Shown: positions 49,925 to 59,570, counted from the stretch's first letter. The stretch is 64,000 nt of DNA from Vulcanimicrobiota bacterium (GCA_963777315.1 CAVZQC010000002.1:736001-800000), one strand, 5' to 3'. The notes: a model not told the origin generated them from the sequence alone. Program-made: numbers and translations.

Positions 49925-50343
49925 CGCTGTTCGCGCAAGCTTTCTCCGGCGCATGGACGTGTTACGATCGATCGCAGGCCACTGCATGGCGGATTGCCTC
50001 TGCACCGGGCGGTGCGTGGACGATCGTGCGGTGGGGAGACCAGCACGGCAAGGACGGCGGGATTGCGTACGTGGGCTACGTGAGCAAATTGCGGGCGTGG
50101 GTGTATCGCGATTTTCACTACGACGGGTCGTATGCCGACATTGGCTCGCCGGGACCGGTAGGCCGTGTCTGGACGTGGTCCGGACCATACTACACCGGCG
50201 ATCGCAGGCTGGAGGGCGACATCACCTGGTTGCGAGCAGGCGATCGCATCGACCGAACGTTTCGTGCGCGCGTGGGCGGCAAACTCACTCCCAGCGGGCG
50301 CGACTACTGCGTTCGAGCAGACGGAACAGCGCGTCGACGATAA
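49921..50343 (+). CDS. Hypothetical beta-rich protein
   Basis: ATGA overlap with the peptidase stop; Trp/Gly-rich. Confidence 0.5.
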   Translation: MTLFAQAFSGAWTCYDRSQATAWRIASAPGGAWTIVRWGDQHGKDGGIAYVGYVSKLRAWVYRDFHYDGSYADIGSPGPVGRVWTWSGPYYTGDRRLEGDITWLRAGDRIDRTFRARVGGKLTPSGRDYCVRADGTARRR

Positions 50344-50905
50344 CGGCCAGCGCCGCGGCAGGGATGCTGCCCGCCAGCGTCTGTTGGATGTATTTGCGCT
50401 GCAGTCCCAAGAAGATTTCATTGCCCAGGCCGCCCGCGCCGACGTAACCGCCCAGCGTGGCGATCGCGATCATCGCAACCGTCGCCAAACGCAGACCGCC
50501 CAGAACGACCGGCGCGGCCAGCGGCAGCTCAACCCGAACGAACTGCTGACGCGCCGACATGCCCAGACCACGCGCCGCGTCCTTCTGCGCCGAAGGCACG
50601 CCGTGCAACGCGGCGGCGATGCTGCGCACCAAGATGAACTGCGCGTATGCCGCCAGCACCAAGATGACGGGAACTGCGCCTAAACCTAAATATTTGACGG
50701 CCACCGCCAGCAGCGCGAGCGATGGAATGACGTAGATGATTCCCGTCGCGCCGAAGATCGGCGTGCCGGAGCGCGGAAAGCGCGCAGCTGCGATGCCCAA
50801 AGCCGACGCGGGAATCAGCGCGAGCGCCAAACCGGCGAATACGAGCTCGACGTGCTGCAAGGTCAGCGCGCCGATTTGGCTCAAGTGCGATTGCAAATAC
50901 GTCAT
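50285..50905 (-). CDS. Osmoprotectant-type ABC transporter permease
   Basis: IPSLAL, DAARGLGMS, VELPLA, GAGGLG. Confidence 0.9.
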   Translation of the reverse strand: MTYLQSHLSQIGALTLQHVELVFAGLALALIPASALGIAAARFPRSGTPIFGATGIIYVIPSLALLAVAVKYLGLGAVPVILVLAAYAQFILVRSIAAALHGVPSAQKDAARGLGMSARQQFVRVELPLAAPVVLGGLRLATVAMIAIATLGGYVGAGGLGNEIFLGLQRKYIQQTLAGSIPAAALAVIVDALFRLLERSSRARWE

Positions 50906-51840
50906 GCGCGCAATATCCGTCGCACGTCTTCGAACGTCACGGTCCCCACGCGCTCTTCGCCGCGGCGCACGTCAAGGCGCTGCGCGCCGGTCAAAAAGCG
51001 GTTGAGCACTTCACGCAGGGAGACGGCAGCGTCGATAGCGCCGTCGGTGGCGCCGTCCTGCGAGACGGCAGCGTCGCAGGCTTGCAGCAGCGACAGCCTC
51101 CGCACGACGTCGTGTGTGTCGAGCAGTTGCTCTACGTAGGGCGTGGCCGGTTCGGTTAGAATCGCCAGCGGCGTGTCGTGCTGCTCCACGCGGCCTTCGC
51201 GCATGACGACGATTCGATCGGCCAAGCGCAGCGCTTCATCCACGTCGTGCGTTACGAACAGAACCGTGGTGCGCAGACGGCGCGCTATGCGGACGATTTC
51301 GTCCTGCAGCGACGCGCGCACGATTGCGTCGACCGCGCCGAACGGCTCGTCCATCAGCAGCACCGGAGGCTCTGCCGCGATGGCGCGAGCGACGCCCACG
51401 CGCTGCTGTTCGCCGCCGGAGAGTTCGCGCGGATACCGGTCGCGATAGCGGGCGGGGTCCAAGCCGACGAGCTCGAGCAGTTCGTCCACGCGCTGCTCTA
51501 TGCGAGGCCGGTGCCAGCCCACGAGCGACGGAACGACGCTGATATTGCGCGCAACCGTCATGTGCGAAAACAATCCGACCGCTTGAATGACGTATCCGAT
51601 CCGCCGGCGCAGCGCGACGGCATCCGCCGCGCCGACGTTCTCGTCGCCCAGGTAGACTGCGCCGGATTGCGGCGTAACGAGCCGGTTGACGGTGCGAAGC
51701 AGCGTGCTTTTTCCGCAGCCCGACGGCCCGAGCAGCACGGTGAAACTGCCGTCTTCGATGCGCAGCGAAATGCCGTCGACGGCGTTGCGGTCGCTGCCGG
51801 GATAGCGTACCGTTACCGCTTCGAAGCGGACGCCTTTCAG
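50902..51840 (-). CDS. Osmoprotectant-type ABC transporter ATPase
   Basis: GPSGCGKS, LSGGEQQR, LLMDEPF; start uncertain (CTG at 51840 inferred). Confidence 0.9.
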   Translation of the reverse strand: MKGVRFEAVTVRYPGSDRNAVDGISLRIEDGSFTVLLGPSGCGKSTLLRTVNRLVTPQSGAVYLGDENVGAADAVALRRRIGYVIQAVGLFSHMTVARNISVVPSLVGWHRPRIEQRVDELLELVGLDPARYRDRYPRELSGGEQQRVGVARAIAAEPPVLLMDEPFGAVDAIVRASLQDEIVRIARRLRTTVLFVTHDVDEALRLADRIVVMREGRVEQHDTPLAILTEPATPYVEQLLDTHDVVRRLSLLQACDAAVSQDGATDGAIDAAVSLREVLNRFLTGAQRLDVRRGEERVGTVTFEDVRRILRA

Positions 51841-52721
51841 CGCAGATGCTCCTTGACGAACGCTTGCGCGATGTCGGCCGGATCGGCTTTCTGCACGTTG
51901 AACGCATAGTTGAAGCGGCGCACGACCGAATCGGTGAGCAGCGGCGAAACTGCCGCCAGAGCCGGACGGATCGATGGATGCGCACTGAGCGTGCGTTCGC
52001 GAACGACCGGAGCGATGTTGTACGGTGGCCAAAAGTGCTTGTCGTCGGTCAGCAGCAGCAGATGCTGCGTGTCGATTTGCGAATCGGTGGTGAAAGCGGT
52101 AGCAACGTCGGCGTCGCCGTGCGCGAGCGCATCGTATTGCAGCCCGATCTCGTACGTGCGAACGTCTTTGAAGGCAAAGCCGCCGTAGAATTTCTGCAGC
52201 CCGGGCAGCGCGTCGGCGCGGGTGACGAACTCAGGCACTGCGGCCAAGCGCAGCTGCGGCGCGACTCGCGCGCATTGAGAAAGTGTTCGCACGGCGTAGC
52301 GCTGCGCGGTCGCCGGCGTTACGGCCAAACCTTGCGAGTCGTTCGCCGGTGAAGGCTCGAGCCACGTCAGCCCGTACCGGCGTTCGTAGGCAGCTTTGAC
52401 GACGGCAAAGAGTTTGGCTGCATCGCGCATCGGCGCCAGATGCAGAACGTCGATTAGGCCCGTGCCGGTGTATTCGGGATACAAATCGATGTCGCCGCGG
52501 GTAAGCGCTTCGGTCGCGATTTGGGTGCTGCCCAAGTTCATGTGGCGCTCCACCTGCAGTCCCGCACGCTCGAGCGCGGCGGCATAGACTTCGGCGACGA
52601 TGATGTCCTCGCCGAAGTTTTTCGATCCCACTCGAACGGCGTTTGCGCCGCCGCCGCTGCACTGCGGCAGTGCGATTGCGGCGCCGATCAGAGCGAGCGA
52701 TCTTCTGCGGGTCAACGGCAT
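51837..52721 (-). CDS. OsmF/OpuCC-type substrate-binding lipoprotein
   Basis: RRR-containing signal and lipobox Cys; GSKNF, YPEYTGT, FTTD, FWPPY. Confidence 0.88.
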   Translation of the reverse strand: MPLTRRRSLALIGAAIALPQCSGGGANAVRVGSKNFGEDIIVAEVYAAALERAGLQVERHMNLGSTQIATEALTRGDIDLYPEYTGTGLIDVLHLAPMRDAAKLFAVVKAAYERRYGLTWLEPSPANDSQGLAVTPATAQRYAVRTLSQCARVAPQLRLAAVPEFVTRADALPGLQKFYGGFAFKDVRTYEIGLQYDALAHGDADVATAFTTDSQIDTQHLLLLTDDKHFWPPYNIAPVVRERTLSAHPSIRPALAAVSPLLTDSVVRRFNYAFNVQKADPADIAQAFVKEHLR

Positions 52722-53323
52722 CAGACGGGTTCTCCTACGCGCGCTTGAATCGAGCCTAAACCGAATTCGGCAAACAGCGCGATGATGCCGATGGCAATCA
52801 CGCCGGTCCACAACCGATCCGGCTGATTGGCTTGCAGCCCGGTGGTGATGTATTCTCCCAAGCCGCCCGCGCCGATGAACGAAGCGAGTACGGCGCTGGC
52901 GACGACTTCGGTTGCCGCCGTCCGGACGCCGGCGAAGAGCACGGGAAACGCGAGCGGCCATTCAACGCGCGCGAGTTGCTGCGCGGCAGTCATTCCCATT
53001 CCGCGAGCGGCGTCGCGCACCGCCGGCGCAACGCTGCGAAATGCCAAATCCGTATTGATGAGCACCGGCGCGGTGGCCAGCAACGTGAGCGCCACGAACG
53101 CCGGCAGAAAGCCCACGCCCAAGAGCGGAAGCATGAACGTAAGGACCGCCAAACTGGGAACCACGCGTCCGATATTTCCCAACGCGAGTACCGGAGTGCG
53201 AATTGCGCCCACGTGCGAGCTCGCGATTCCCAGCGGAATGCCGATACCCGCCCCCGCGGCCAACGCCGCCAGGGCAAGCGCAAGATACGCCCAGGTGTGC
53301 GCCGCCAAGTCCGGCCAGTTCAC
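52721..53323 (-). CDS. Osmoprotectant-type ABC transporter permease
   Basis: VPSLAVL, DAARGMGM, GAGGLG. Confidence 0.88.
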   Translation of the reverse strand: MNWPDLAAHTWAYLALALAALAAGAGIGIPLGIASSHVGAIRTPVLALGNIGRVVPSLAVLTFMLPLLGVGFLPAFVALTLLATAPVLINTDLAFRSVAPAVRDAARGMGMTAAQQLARVEWPLAFPVLFAGVRTAATEVVASAVLASFIGAGGLGEYITTGLQANQPDRLWTGVIAIGIIALFAEFGLGSIQARVGEPV

Positions 53324-53365
53324 AACCTGGAGTTTCAGCAAAAGTCGGCGAATCCCACGCTGTCT

Positions 53366-55477
53366 ATGATCTCGCGCGCGCAGCCGCGGATTGCCACCCC
53401 CGCCGGGGTGCCGCATTCGCTGGACGATCCCTCGCTCTACATCAGCCGCGAGCTTTCATGGCTGGAATTCAACGACCGGGTGCTGCAGGAAGCGATCGAC
53501 GAGCGCACGCCGCTGCTCGAGCGCGTGAAATTCTTGGCGATCTACGGCACCAATCTCGACGAGTATTTCATGATCCGGGTGGCCGCGCTCAAGCAGCAGG
53601 TGGAGGCGCAGATTTTCCGGCGCTCGGAGGACGGCCGCACCCCTTCCGAGCACCTGCTTGCGATTTCGGAGCACTTGCGGATTTCGCTGGGCAGACAGAT
53701 GCATTTGCTCAACGAGACATTGCTGCCGGCGCTGGCCGAAAACGGCATAAAAATACTGCGCGTGTCCGAATTGGGCGAGGAACAGCGCCTGGGACTCGAG
53801 CGCTCGTTCGACGACCGCGTGTTTCCGGTTCTCACGCCGCTGGCGGTCGACCAGGGCCATCCGTTTCCGTACATCTCCAATCTCTCGTTATCGCTGGCTG
53901 TCGAACTCGAAGAGGTTACGGCCGACGGCGTGGAGCTGCATTTCGCACGTCTGAAAATTCCGCAGACGCTGCCGCGCTTCGTTCAAGTCGAGCCTGCGCC
54001 CGAAGGCGAGCGATGGTTCGTCATGCTCGAAGACCTGATAGCGCATCACTTGAACGCGCTGTTTCCCGGCATGGAAGTGCGCGAGTCGTACCTTTTCCGG
54101 GTGACGCGCGACGCCGATTTGGACCTGCAGGAGGACGAGGCCGACGATCTGCTGGCAGCGATCGAATCGGAGCTGCAGCGGCGCAGATTCGGCGAGCCGG
54201 TTCGCTTGGAGATCGAGCGTGGCATGCCCGAATACATGCGTGAGCTGCTGCTCGACGCTCTGCAGCTGGGTCCACCGGACTGCTACGAAATAGACGGCCT
54301 CATGGGAACGGGCGATCTGCTCGCCATCGCGAACCTGCCGGACCGTCCGCAGCTGCACGATCCCCCGTTCACGCCCGCGATTCCCAAACGCCTCATCGGC
54401 GTGACGGACATCTTCGCGGCGATACGCGAGGCCGACATCGTTCTGCACCATCCCTACGAGTCGTTCGACCCCGTGGTGCAGCTGGTGCGGCAAGCCGCCG
54501 ACGACGAACGGGTGCTGGCGATCAAAGCCACGCTGTATCGCACGTCCGGCAAGAACTCGCCGATCGTGCGCGCGCTGCTGGATGCGGCCGAGAACGAAAA
54601 ACAGGTCGCCGTCCTCATCGAGCTCAAGGCACGCTTCGACGAAGAGAACAACATCGAATGGGCGCGGCGGCTGGAACGCGCGGGCGTGCACGTCGTGTAC
54701 GGGTTCGCCGGGCTGAAGACGCATGCCAAAGCGATGCTGATCGTGCGCGAAGAGGACGACGGCATCCGGCGCTACATGCATTTCGGAACCGGCAACTACA
54801 ACGAAAAGACCGCGCGGCTTTACACCGACCTCAGCGTGTTCACGTGCCGTCCGGAACTGGGTGCGGACGTCTCGCAGATGTTCAACGCGCTCACCGGTTT
54901 TGCCAAGATCACCGATTACGAAGATCTTCTCGTCGCGCCGGTCAACATGCGGCGCGAGCTGACCGAACTGATCGAGCGCGAAACCGAGCACGCGCGGGCG
55001 GGGCGACCGTGCGGCATTCGCGCCAAGCTCAACGCGATCACCGACGGCGACATCGCTCGCGCTTTGTACCGCGCGTCGTCCGCCGGAGTACCGATCGATT
55101 TGTTCGTGCGGGGCATGTGCGTCGTGCGGCCCGGCGTGCCGCGCGTTAGCGAAACGATACGCGTGCGCAGCATCGTGGGCCGCTTTCTGGAACATTCGCG
55201 CATGGTCGCTTTCGAAAACGGCGGCAGCCGCCAAATCTTCGTGGGTTCGGCCGACTGGATGGGACGCAACCTGGACCGGCGCGTGGAGATCATGGTTCCC
55301 ATTCTCGACCCGCTCGTCGCAGAAACGATCTACGGCGAGTATTTAGCGATTATCGCCGCCGACAACGTCAAGGCGCGCGAATTGCGCACGGACGGGACGT
55401 ACCATCGGCTCGCGCCCGAGGGCAAGATGCCGGTTAACGCGCAGCAGGTATTTCTTACGCAGGCCCAGCCGCTTTGA
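53366..55477 (+). CDS. ppk1: Polyphosphate kinase 1
   Basis: RELSWLEFNDRVL, HPFPYIS, HHPYESF, ELKARFDE, GTGNYN, GRFLEHSR. Confidence 0.97.
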   Translation: MISRAQPRIATPAGVPHSLDDPSLYISRELSWLEFNDRVLQEAIDERTPLLERVKFLAIYGTNLDEYFMIRVAALKQQVEAQIFRRSEDGRTPSEHLLAISEHLRISLGRQMHLLNETLLPALAENGIKILRVSELGEEQRLGLERSFDDRVFPVLTPLAVDQGHPFPYISNLSLSLAVELEEVTADGVELHFARLKIPQTLPRFVQVEPAPEGERWFVMLEDLIAHHLNALFPGMEVRESYLFRVTRDADLDLQEDEADDLLAAIESELQRRRFGEPVRLEIERGMPEYMRELLLDALQLGPPDCYEIDGLMGTGDLLAIANLPDRPQLHDPPFTPAIPKRLIGVTDIFAAIREADIVLHHPYESFDPVVQLVRQAADDERVLAIKATLYRTSGKNSPIVRALLDAAENEKQVAVLIELKARFDEENNIEWARRLERAGVHVVYGFAGLKTHAKAMLIVREEDDGIRRYMHFGTGNYNEKTARLYTDLSVFTCRPELGADVSQMFNALTGFAKITDYEDLLVAPVNMRRELTELIERETEHARAGRPCGIRAKLNAITDGDIARALYRASSAGVPIDLFVRGMCVVRPGVPRVSETIRVRSIVGRFLEHSRMVAFENGGSRQIFVGSADWMGRNLDRRVEIMVPILDPLVAETIYGEYLAIIAADNVKARELRTDGTYHRLAPEGKMPVNAQQVFLTQAQPL

Positions 55478-55949
55478 GGCTATCGGCCGGATCGACGCTC
55501 TCGCTCAGTTCGAGAACGATCTTCCATTCGTGCGGCATCACGGGCTGAACGGAAAGCCTGGAGCCTTTTCGCAGCAGCTCCATCCCCACCAGCCGCGGTT
55601 CGCGTCGCATTCTCGCGAGCGTGACGGGATGCGCGAGGGGCCGCAAGTATTCGACGTCGACCATCTGCCAAGTCGGTTTGCGCTGCGTGCTGCGCGGATC
55701 GTAGTACTCGCCGCCCTTTTCCCATGCCGTAAAGTCCGCATAGGCTTCTTTGACCACGCGCACCACGCCCACGGCCGCCGGCTGGGCGATACTCGAATGA
55801 TAGAACAGCCCTAAATCCCCCGCCCGCATCTCGATCATGGCGTTGCGCGCTTGAAAATTGCGCACGCCGCTCCAGGGCGTGACGCGGTCGCGCTGCAATT
55901 GCTCAAAGCCGTAGGCGTGCGGTTCACTTTTGAACAACCAGTACCGCAT
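55455..55949 (-). CDS. EVE-domain protein
   Basis: YWLFKSEP, WSGVRNFQARN, FYHSS, SRLSVQPV. Confidence 0.92.
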   Translation of the reverse strand: MRYWLFKSEPHAYGFEQLQRDRVTPWSGVRNFQARNAMIEMRAGDLGLFYHSSIAQPAAVGVVRVVKEAYADFTAWEKGGEYYDPRSTQRKPTWQMVDVEYLRPLAHPVTLARMRREPRLVGMELLRKGSRLSVQPVMPHEWKIVLELSESVDPADSLKAAGPA

Positions 55950-57255
55950 GCACCTCATCTTCGCCGCGCTCTTGGCCGTAACCCAGCAGTGGCTCGTCGT
56001 GAGCGACCTGCACGTCGATCCGTTCGACCGCCGCAGCGCGCCCGCGTGGTACACGAACGATTCCAACTGGGCGCTGTTCGATTCGACCGTGGCGCAAATG
56101 CGCAAGGCCGCCCCGCACGCGAAGGTCGTTGTGATCGCCGGCGATTTTCTGGTGCATCATTTCGCGTCCAGAGTGCATCAAGCCCAAAGCAAGGTGAGCG
56201 TGTCCGGCGTCGCGGTGCAGACGATGGCGCGCGTCGCGCGCTCGCTGGGCCGAGCGTTTCCGCAAGCGCAATTTCTCATCACGCTGGGCAATAACGACGA
56301 CCCGTGCGGCGATTATCGCACGGCGCCCGACACGCCGTATTTGGCCGCCGTCGCGCGGATCTGGGCTCCGCTCGTGAACCGCAACGGGGCCGCGCCGCAG
56401 TTCGAACGCGACTTCGCGCATTGGGGTTCGTACACGGCGCGCCTGCCCGAACCTTCACTGCGAGCGATCGTGCTGGACGACGTGTATTGGTCGATCGTGT
56501 ACCGCCCGTGTTCGCGCGCGGGCATCGCGGCGCCCGGCGCGCAAATGGACTGGTTCGCTCGCGAGCTCCAGACGACGCCGCAGCGCACCAAAAGCGTCGT
56601 GCTGTTTCATATTCCGCCCGGAATCGACCCGAGCAGCACGCTGTCCGCTCACCGGCTCTTGATCGTGCCGTACTGGCGCGACGACATGCGCACGCGCTTT
56701 TTGACCGCGACCTCGCGGAACGCGGGACGCATGGCCTTCGTGATTGCGGGGCATACTCACCGCGCGGGTTTCCGGCTTGCCGGCGGCGTGCCGTTTCTCA
56801 TCGCGCCGGCGGTCTCTCCGGTGTATTCCAACAATCCGTCCTTTGCCGCGCTCTCCGTCGGCTCGGACGGGACCCTGCAGAATTATCGCCTGTACGCGTA
56901 CGACGAGCCCAGTCGCGCGTGGTCGCAGATTTTCGACTTCAATCACGCCTACGGCGTGCGCGGTTTCACCGTTGCTTCGCTGACGGCTGCCCACTCGCAA
57001 ATAGCGCGCGATCGCGCGGCCCGCAGGCAGTGGGAAAACGCGATGGTCGGAGATTCCCAAGCGTATGAAATCGACGATTCCTGGCGGGCCTTTTGGTGCG
57101 CGCAAACCGAGCTCGGCAGGCAGTACGCGGGATGTGCGGGCGACCGTAAGCGCGCGGTCATATTGCCGATAGCGGCCGCGTTGATCGGCGCGATCGTGGT
57201 GCTGGCCGTCGTGTGGCTGGTATTGCGCGTGGCCGGGCAGCGGCGGCGCGCGTAA
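55948..57255 (+). CDS. Membrane-anchored metallophosphoesterase (acid sphingomyelinase/SMPDL3-like)
   Basis: SDLH, AGDFLVH, GNND, HIPP, GHTH, NNPSF; C-terminal TM and basic tail. Confidence 0.85.
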   Translation: MHLIFAALLAVTQQWLVVSDLHVDPFDRRSAPAWYTNDSNWALFDSTVAQMRKAAPHAKVVVIAGDFLVHHFASRVHQAQSKVSVSGVAVQTMARVARSLGRAFPQAQFLITLGNNDDPCGDYRTAPDTPYLAAVARIWAPLVNRNGAAPQFERDFAHWGSYTARLPEPSLRAIVLDDVYWSIVYRPCSRAGIAAPGAQMDWFARELQTTPQRTKSVVLFHIPPGIDPSSTLSAHRLLIVPYWRDDMRTRFLTATSRNAGRMAFVIAGHTHRAGFRLAGGVPFLIAPAVSPVYSNNPSFAALSVGSDGTLQNYRLYAYDEPSRAWSQIFDFNHAYGVRGFTVASLTAAHSQIARDRAARRQWENAMVGDSQAYEIDDSWRAFWCAQTELGRQYAGCAGDRKRAVILPIAAALIGAIVVLAVVWLVLRVAGQRRRA

Positions 57256-57274
57256 ATGTGCTATCCTCGAAACG

Positions 57275-57778
57275 ATGGACTCGAACGCAAAGAAGACGGC
57301 ACAGCGGCCGGTCATTCACGCCGCCGATGAGGGCTGGGAAGGCGTGCCCGTGCAGGGGTATCGTCCCGGCGCGGCCGTGGGAGTGGAACGGCATACGATC
57401 GTCGGCGCTCGCAAAACCGATGCCGCGCAGCCGGGCCCCTCAAAGGAGCTGCGCTACTTCGAGCTGCAGCCCGGCGCGGTTTCGCGCTTGGAAAAACACG
57501 AGCACGAACACGTCGTCATCGTCAAGCGCGGCGTAGGTTATGCCGTCGTCGATGAAACCGTCGCCGAAGTCGGGCCGCACGACGTGATTTACGTCGCTCC
57601 GCTGGAACTGCATCAGTTCGTCAACCGTGGAAACGAACCGTTCGGGTTCTATTGTTTGGTCGACGCCGTGCGCGACGGCGCCCAGGAACCTACCCCCGAA
57701 GAACTGGATCGCCTCATGGCTTCTGCGGCCGGCAACGTCGTCAAACCGTTCGCGGTGCCGCTGCCGCAAAAAGTCTAA
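57275..57778 (+). CDS. Cupin-domain protein
   Basis: LRYFEL.PG, HEHEH, HQF. Confidence 0.85.
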   Translation: MDSNAKKTAQRPVIHAADEGWEGVPVQGYRPGAAVGVERHTIVGARKTDAAQPGPSKELRYFELQPGAVSRLEKHEHEHVVIVKRGVGYAVVDETVAEVGPHDVIYVAPLELHQFVNRGNEPFGFYCLVDAVRDGAQEPTPEELDRLMASAAGNVVKPFAVPLPQKV

Positions 57779-58614
57779 GGCGTTACCATAGGGCGCGAAG
57801 GGTCCGAGCACCATTCGCTCCACGACCCGGGATAAATTCGCGTTCCCGGCAAGCCGGCAACCTCGGCCGCGAGCATGTTGACTGCAGCCGAAACGCCCGA
57901 ACCGCACTGATGGACCAGACGATCCGGCGCGACGGCGAGCGTTTCGAATTCGGCACGCAGGCGTTCGGGTGATTTGAATCTGCCGTTTTCGTCGAAATTT
58001 TCTCTGAACGGCCGATTGAGCGCGCCGGGGATATGCCCCGCCACGGGATCCGTCGTTTCGTTTTTCCCGGCGAACCGATCGGCTCCGCGCGCGTCGAGGA
58101 TCGTGAACGCACTGTTCTGCAGCGAGGCCAGCACGTCGTTTGCGTCGACGGTGAGATCGTCGCGAACCGCGACAGTTATCGTGCCGTACCTTCGCGGTCT
58201 GTGCAGCTGCGTTTCCACCGGTAGTCCGGCTTCGGTCCAAGCGGCGTAGCCGCCGTCGAGCACAGCTGCGGCTTGGTGCCCGGCATAATGCGCCAAGAAC
58301 CACAGGCGCGCAGCAAACATATCGCCACCGGCATCATACGTTACGATCTGCGAATCGTCGTCGGCGCCCAAGCCGCGCAAAAACTCGATGAAGCGCTGGA
58401 TCTGCGGCATCGGATGACGACCGTTGGTGCCGGTTTTTTCGCCGGAAAGATCCTCCTCGACGCGGGCAAAAAATGCACCCGGAATGTGCCCGGCGCGGTA
58501 TGCCGCCCAGCCGGCCGCGTGGTCTGCGAGCGAATGCCGGCAGTCGACGACGATCCACGCCGGATCGCCCACGTGCGCGCGCAGCTCGTCGACGCCGATC
58601 AGTGTGGAATGCAC
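57775..58614 (-). CDS. sseA: Two-domain sulfurtransferase (SseA/rhodanese)
   Basis: GHIPGA twice, GRHPMP, LDGG..AW, CGSGVSA, YPGSWSEW. Confidence 0.9.
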   Translation of the reverse strand: MHSTLIGVDELRAHVGDPAWIVVDCRHSLADHAAGWAAYRAGHIPGAFFARVEEDLSGEKTGTNGRHPMPQIQRFIEFLRGLGADDDSQIVTYDAGGDMFAARLWFLAHYAGHQAAAVLDGGYAAWTEAGLPVETQLHRPRRYGTITVAVRDDLTVDANDVLASLQNSAFTILDARGADRFAGKNETTDPVAGHIPGALNRPFRENFDENGRFKSPERLRAEFETLAVAPDRLVHQCGSGVSAAVNMLAAEVAGLPGTRIYPGSWSEWCSDPSRPMVTP

Positions 58615-58616
58615 GC

Positions 58617-58976
58617 CTAGTGCAGATTGATCGTCGTTTTGGGCTGGCCCGCGTCGCCGAACGTTTCCTGTAGAATCGTCTGCAGTTCGCCGTTGTGCGC
58701 CATCGGGCCCAAAATGTCGGTGTCGCCGTAGAATTTGCCGTTGATGAAAACCTTCGGCAAGGTCGGCCAATCCGTCATTTCCGCGAGCGCTTCGCGTTTG
58801 GGCATGTTTTCGAGCACGTCGACCACCTCGAACGGGTAGCCGAAACGATTGAAGAACTCGATCGTTTCCAGGGTGAACCCGCAGCGCGGCATCGTTTTGG
58901 TGCCCTTGCCGTACACGAGTATTTTGTTGGCTGCGACCTCGCGGTCGATTTCTTGGCGAATGTCCTGCGTCATCAC
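58617..58976 (-). CDS. grxD: Monothiol glutaredoxin (Grx4-like, CGFT)
   Basis: KGT...PRCGFT, WPTLP.VFINGKFYGD.D. Confidence 0.85.
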   Translation of the reverse strand: MMTQDIRQEIDREVAANKILVYGKGTKTMPRCGFTLETIEFFNRFGYPFEVVDVLENMPKREALAEMTDWPTLPKVFINGKFYGDTDILGPMAHNGELQTILQETFGDAGQPKTTINLH

Positions 58977-58983
58977 GGTTATC

Positions 58984-59244
58984 CTATGTCGTCGTTGTGC
59001 TGTTCGGGTTGCCGGCGCTTGTCACCGTGCGAAGTTCCACCGCATGCACCCGCCCGTCTTTGAGCGCGGGCTTGAGCGCGGCGTAGACCAATTGATGCTG
59101 CTCGATGAGGGTTTTGCCGGCGAATCGTTGGGACTGCACCGTAACGTTGAAATGATCCATCGTTCCCGTGCGGTCCACGATCGCGACCTGCGCGTCGGGA
59201 ATGCTGTCGCGAATGATTGCAGCGAGCGAGTCGTTGTCGATCAT
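58984..59244 (-). CDS. BolA-family protein
   Basis: DHF.V.V.S..F.GK..IEQHQLVY..L...VHA. Confidence 0.9.
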   Translation of the reverse strand: MIDNDSLAAIIRDSIPDAQVAIVDRTGTMDHFNVTVQSQRFAGKTLIEQHQLVYAALKPALKDGRVHAVELRTVTSAGNPNSTTTT

Positions 59245-59246
59245 CG

Positions 59247-59486
59247 TTACGAACGCAACTGCGGCGGTTCGGGCCGCAGCGTTTGCGCCAGCGCGCGCGC
59301 CTCGCGCAGCGTTTCGGGCAGGCGTTCGGAGTGCTCGGCCAGCGTCTTTACCGTTCCGGCGGCCAGCACGATGCCGGTTACGCCCACCAAAATGGCGGGG
59401 ACTCCCGTTGCTCGCAGCGGACCAAACTCGATCGTGAATGTCTTGGTCACGCGCGCCAGCCCCTTGAAATATCCCTTGAAGTCCAC
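59247..59486 (-). CDS. Small single-TM hypothetical protein leading the bolA operon
   Basis: 79 aa; TACAAT 6 nt upstream of the GTG; 2-nt gap to bolA. Confidence 0.6.
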   Translation of the reverse strand: MDFKGYFKGLARVTKTFTIEFGPLRATGVPAILVGVTGIVLAAGTVKTLAEHSERLPETLREARALAQTLRPEPPQLRS

Positions 59487-59570
59487 CCGCGTATTGTACG
59501 CCGTTGCGCGCTACGCGCCCGCTCCATACATCGCAGGCGGGCCGTGCCGGCCCGCCGCATACGAGCGCAA

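Noticed and set aside
52832..53365. 881-aa ppk1 with a long N-terminal extension
   Set aside because: The extension is antisense to the ABC permease
55455..55949. EVE protein as part of a modification-dependent defence system
   Set aside because: Stand-alone, with no nuclease or other defence gene nearby
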